Positions 60,184-64,000 of a stretch of DNA of 64,000 bases are shown piece by piece. The position numbers were made by a program, and so were the translations under genes. The notes below the pieces were generated by a model. That model was given only the letters and a program-made list of their open reading frames with translations, was not told where the DNA came from and did not search any database. Where the stretch lies: assembly GCF_009914755.1 (NCBI RefSeq), contig NC_060931.1. One strand, written 5' to 3'. The number at the start of each line of letters is the position of its first letter. Within the stretch, counting starts at the first letter, position 1. The stretch is from the human T2T-CHM13v2.0 reference genome, Homo sapiens.

Positions 60184-61221
60184 AGATTCAGTCTCAATTC
60201 TTAAACACCTGCATTATTTATGGCTAAAAGATTTCAAATGAAAAGTGAAATTTATTAAAAAAAAAACCTGAGGCAATTAAATATCCTGAATCTTTGAACA
60301 GAGAGTTAATTATATCTAATACACTGTATTTACCGAAGAATGTAGACTTTTATATTTTAGAAAGATTTTTTTAACATCATTACTTTCCCATTAACCAAAG
60401 TAACTAAAATATTAAATTTATGATAATGTGTCACAATGTAAAAATATTCCTATCATTGACAGGCCAGCCCCTGCATGATAGTGGTGGAGATTCCAAGAGG
60501 GCAGTTAAATTAATCAAGCTTGTCATGTCATAGATAGTCTTCAAGAAGGATCAAAGGGTTCATTTTCACTTTGTATTCTTTTTTTTTCCCATTAATATGG
60601 CCATAATATAGTTTTACATCCTTGGTTTTGATTATACAATGTGCATCTTAAAAATTAGTAAGCTGTAGTTAATGCTTGTATTTTTCTAATAACTTTTAAA
60701 GTATGTTTGAGCACTGATTTGTCTAATTATCAAATTGGAAATAAAACTATTTCCAATTCCACAAGTTAACTTGGAATAATGTCAGAGGTATTTTTTCTCT
60801 AATACAGTAGGAGGAAAACAGTGAGGTGGTTAATAAGACACAGGTGGCCGAGGTAGGATGCTTATTCTATCTGAAATGCTTAAATAGTGTAAATATACAA
60901 GGGAGTGTTTCTGGTGAGTTTGTTTTGAGGACTTGTATTAATGGCCTTAACATTCTGAAGCATGGCCCTAAAATACTTTTTTCCTGAGGTCATCAAGAAG
61001 GTTTACATCCATTGTGCCATAGTCAAGAAGGAGAAAATAAATTTAGGTAACACAAAGTGGTATTTTATTTTTCTTGCACTTTGGTGATTGCCTAGTTTTC
61101 TTAATCTTTATATCTTCTGTAACTTCTTTGTTTCCTTGAGCATAACTCCTAGAAATATTTCAGGCAGGCAATTTACATACATTTCTATGGAAATTAGGCT
61201 TATATAGTCACTGAACTGATT

Positions 61222-61536
<315 letters not shown>

Positions 61537-63089
61537 ACTGAACTTTTTTTTAGAAAGGAAATAAAAGGTGCACTTTTAAATTGTTATTTTATGGTTATAA
61601 TGTCTTGTGTTTAATAGAGTTCTCACTTGTAAACATTTTGTTAATGGTGTATTTTTAAGCTTCTGTGTGAATTTGGTGAATTTTGTACTTGGTGTAGTTA
61701 TGAAAAACTAGGATTAAACTTGGTGCACAGGGATTTTAGAAATAAAGCTGTAATCTTCCCCAAGTTCTTGGGTTTGCTCTGGAAAGAGTGGCAGGAATGA
61801 GGTGGCAACATGATTTTTTGAACACTGTGTATACATTAATTTCCAGACTGAAGTTATCTGGGGCTTCAGTTTTTATTTGGATTCTTCTTACATAAACAAG
61901 CCTCTAGCATGCTTTCTGTTGTTTACTACAATAACTTTAGGTTCATTGTTGACAAATAACATGTTAAACTTCTACATCATCTTTTATAGTTGGTTTTCTT
62001 TATATTAAAGGAAATGATGTGCACATTGTATATTTAAGAGAAAACTATAATGTTTTCCTGAAAATGGTATTTTCTTGAAAATGGTATTTACATTTGCAAG
62101 AAGTTGGTTTTGATTATTGTCAGTGGAGCTTTGGGCTCAGCAATAGCTTTCTGGGCTGTGTTCCAGAATTATTTGAGAGCTATAATTGTGAAAGACTTGG
62201 ATTTACAACTTCCTAGGTTATAGATAAAATATTTTTTAAAGTAGATTCTTTTTCTATAAAATATAGTTTGATCTTTAGTGAGATATATTACTAGAGGAAA
62301 GTTACCTATTACCTATTCAGAAAAAAATAAAATAATACATTGCTTATTTTTTCCATTATAGCCTGATTTTGAATTCAAGTTTAAATGTATTGTTTGTTAT
62401 AAATGTATTTCTAACTGAAGTGATTTTTCAAGATTACTGACTCAATATGTGGGATTATGCAATTTTTGAAGTATTGAGCTCTTCTTGGTAAAAGAAAAAG
62501 TTTAATACTTTTTATAATCTCCTTACATGAAGGAAGACAGAATATTCTGAGTTGATATTAATCAAACACAGGAATTATTTTGGTTTTTGGATATTTTAAT
62601 CAACATTGAATTGTTTTTTTCTTACATAAAAAGTAAACATTCATTGATACATTATCAACTTCAGTAATATCGAATTCTGTATTTCTATCCAATAGTACAT
62701 ATATAATGCCTAACAGTGATTTCTTTGGGCCTCTGTAAGGTCTATAATATTAAATAGAGTTTTCAGTGATTTCCGTTAGGTAGTTAGAGGTTATGTTTTT
62801 ATTTATTCTGAAATGATTTCATCAGGATTAAACAAACTTCTGTATGCTTACCTTCCTTAAATGTATTTTATGTAGTCTAGTTTTCAAGACTTTGTACTCT
62901 TAGTCATTAAGGTGTCAAAGTCAGTGAGTAGGCTGGTGCCTTTATTATTGAAGATCAGTGATTATAATTGAAGTTTTGAAATTTTAAGTAGCAATGGCAT
63001 TCCAGGAGGAATGATAGCACAGTTACACAGTTAGATGTTTAAGAAAAAAAAAAATACAGTGTGTTATTGAGCAGACTATTAGAAAACTG

Positions 63090-63383
63090 CTGGGCATGGT
63101 GGCTCACACCTGTAATCCCAGCACTTTGGGAGGCTGAGGCGGGTGGATCACGAGGTCAGGAGTTTGAGACCAGCCTGGCCAATATGGTGAAACCTGTGTC
63201 TACTAAAATTACAAAAATATTAGGCGTGGTGGCGTATGCCTGTAGTCCCAGCTACTCAGGAGACTGAGGCAGAAGAATCACTTGAACCCAGGTTGCAGTG
63301 AGCCGAGATCACACCACTGCACTCCAGCCTGGGCAACAGAGCAAGACTCTGTCTCAAAAAAAAAAAAAAAAAAAAAGAAAGAA
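63090..63383 (+). mobile_element. AluSg-like
   Basis: GGATCACGAGGTCAGGAGTTTGAGACCAGCC; short deletion in right arm; poly(A). Confidence 0.94.
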
Positions 63384-63747
63384 AGCAAGCTGATGTACAT
63401 ATCAGCAAGCAAGTCTGCCTCTCTTCCTCGTGAAATTCAAAAACTAAGAGCTGTTGGTGCAGGCATTAGTTTTCTGAGGCTGTGGTATTCATTTGCATAA
63501 TCTTCTCACTTTTCCAGTCCTAAAAAATATGTTGTACTCATTAGGCATTTATTGTATGCTTATCATGTACCATTTATCCTGTTAAAAGAAATGAAAGAAA
63601 ATACGGAAATAAAAGATTCTTATACTCTGGATGTAGCAGTGAATAAGAGATTTAAGATTTCCTTTTGCAAGGTGAATCAAACACCCCGAGTGTATGTTAT
63701 GTTGTGTTATGTCATGTCATATCATGTCTACCCTTATAAAGGAAAGC

Positions 63748-64000
63748 TTTTTTTTTTTTGAGATGGTGTCTTGCTGTGTTGCCTAGGCTGGAGTGCAGCG
63801 GTGCAACCATAGCTCACTCTAACCTCAGACTCCTGACTCAAGTGATCTTCCTTGTCTTAGCCTCACAAGTAACTGGGACTGCAGGTACATGCCACCATTC
63901 CCAGCCAATTTTTTAATTTTTTATTTCGTAGAGGTGGTATCTTGCTCTGTTTCCCAGGCTGGTCTTAAACTCCTGGCCTCAAGTGACCCTCTTATCGCAG
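63748..64000 (-). mobile_element. AluJ (cut by window end)
   Basis: Poly(T) followed by diverged reverse Alu. Confidence 0.92.

Overview
Primate genomic DNA, most likely human chr7q21.11, spanning about 42 kb upstream of GNAI1, its CpG-island promoter, coding exon 1 (42487-42604, [10 protein letters not shown]...LLLLG) and the first ~21 kb of intron 1. The only other gene-derived sequence is a disabled retrocopy of ribosomal protein uL16 (4151-4925, minus strand) whose diagnostic residues and 3' UTR look more like the testis retrogene RPL10L than X-linked RPL10. The rest is AT-rich DNA with many interspersed repeats (about 20 Alus; MLT1, MST, THE1, MLT2A, LTR12 and LTR16 LTRs; L1M, L2, MIR; MER2, MER5A, MER20) and microsatellites. 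Almost all ORFs in the supplied track are repeat- or GC-derived noise. No new biological system can be demonstrated from sequence alone. The best leads are: (1) a stop-free, AUG-free 5' leader in frame with GNAI1, with a Kozak-context CUG that could give an Arg-rich, non-myristoylated N-extended Galpha-i1; (2) the apparent retrocopy of a retrogene; (3) template-switch scars inside two Alus; (4) LTRs with possible regulatory motifs pointing towards GNAI1; (5) a CpG-rich antisense Alu with a strong donor (candidate poison exon). Repeat subfamily names come from recalled consensus sequences, and boundaries of old repeats are approximate.
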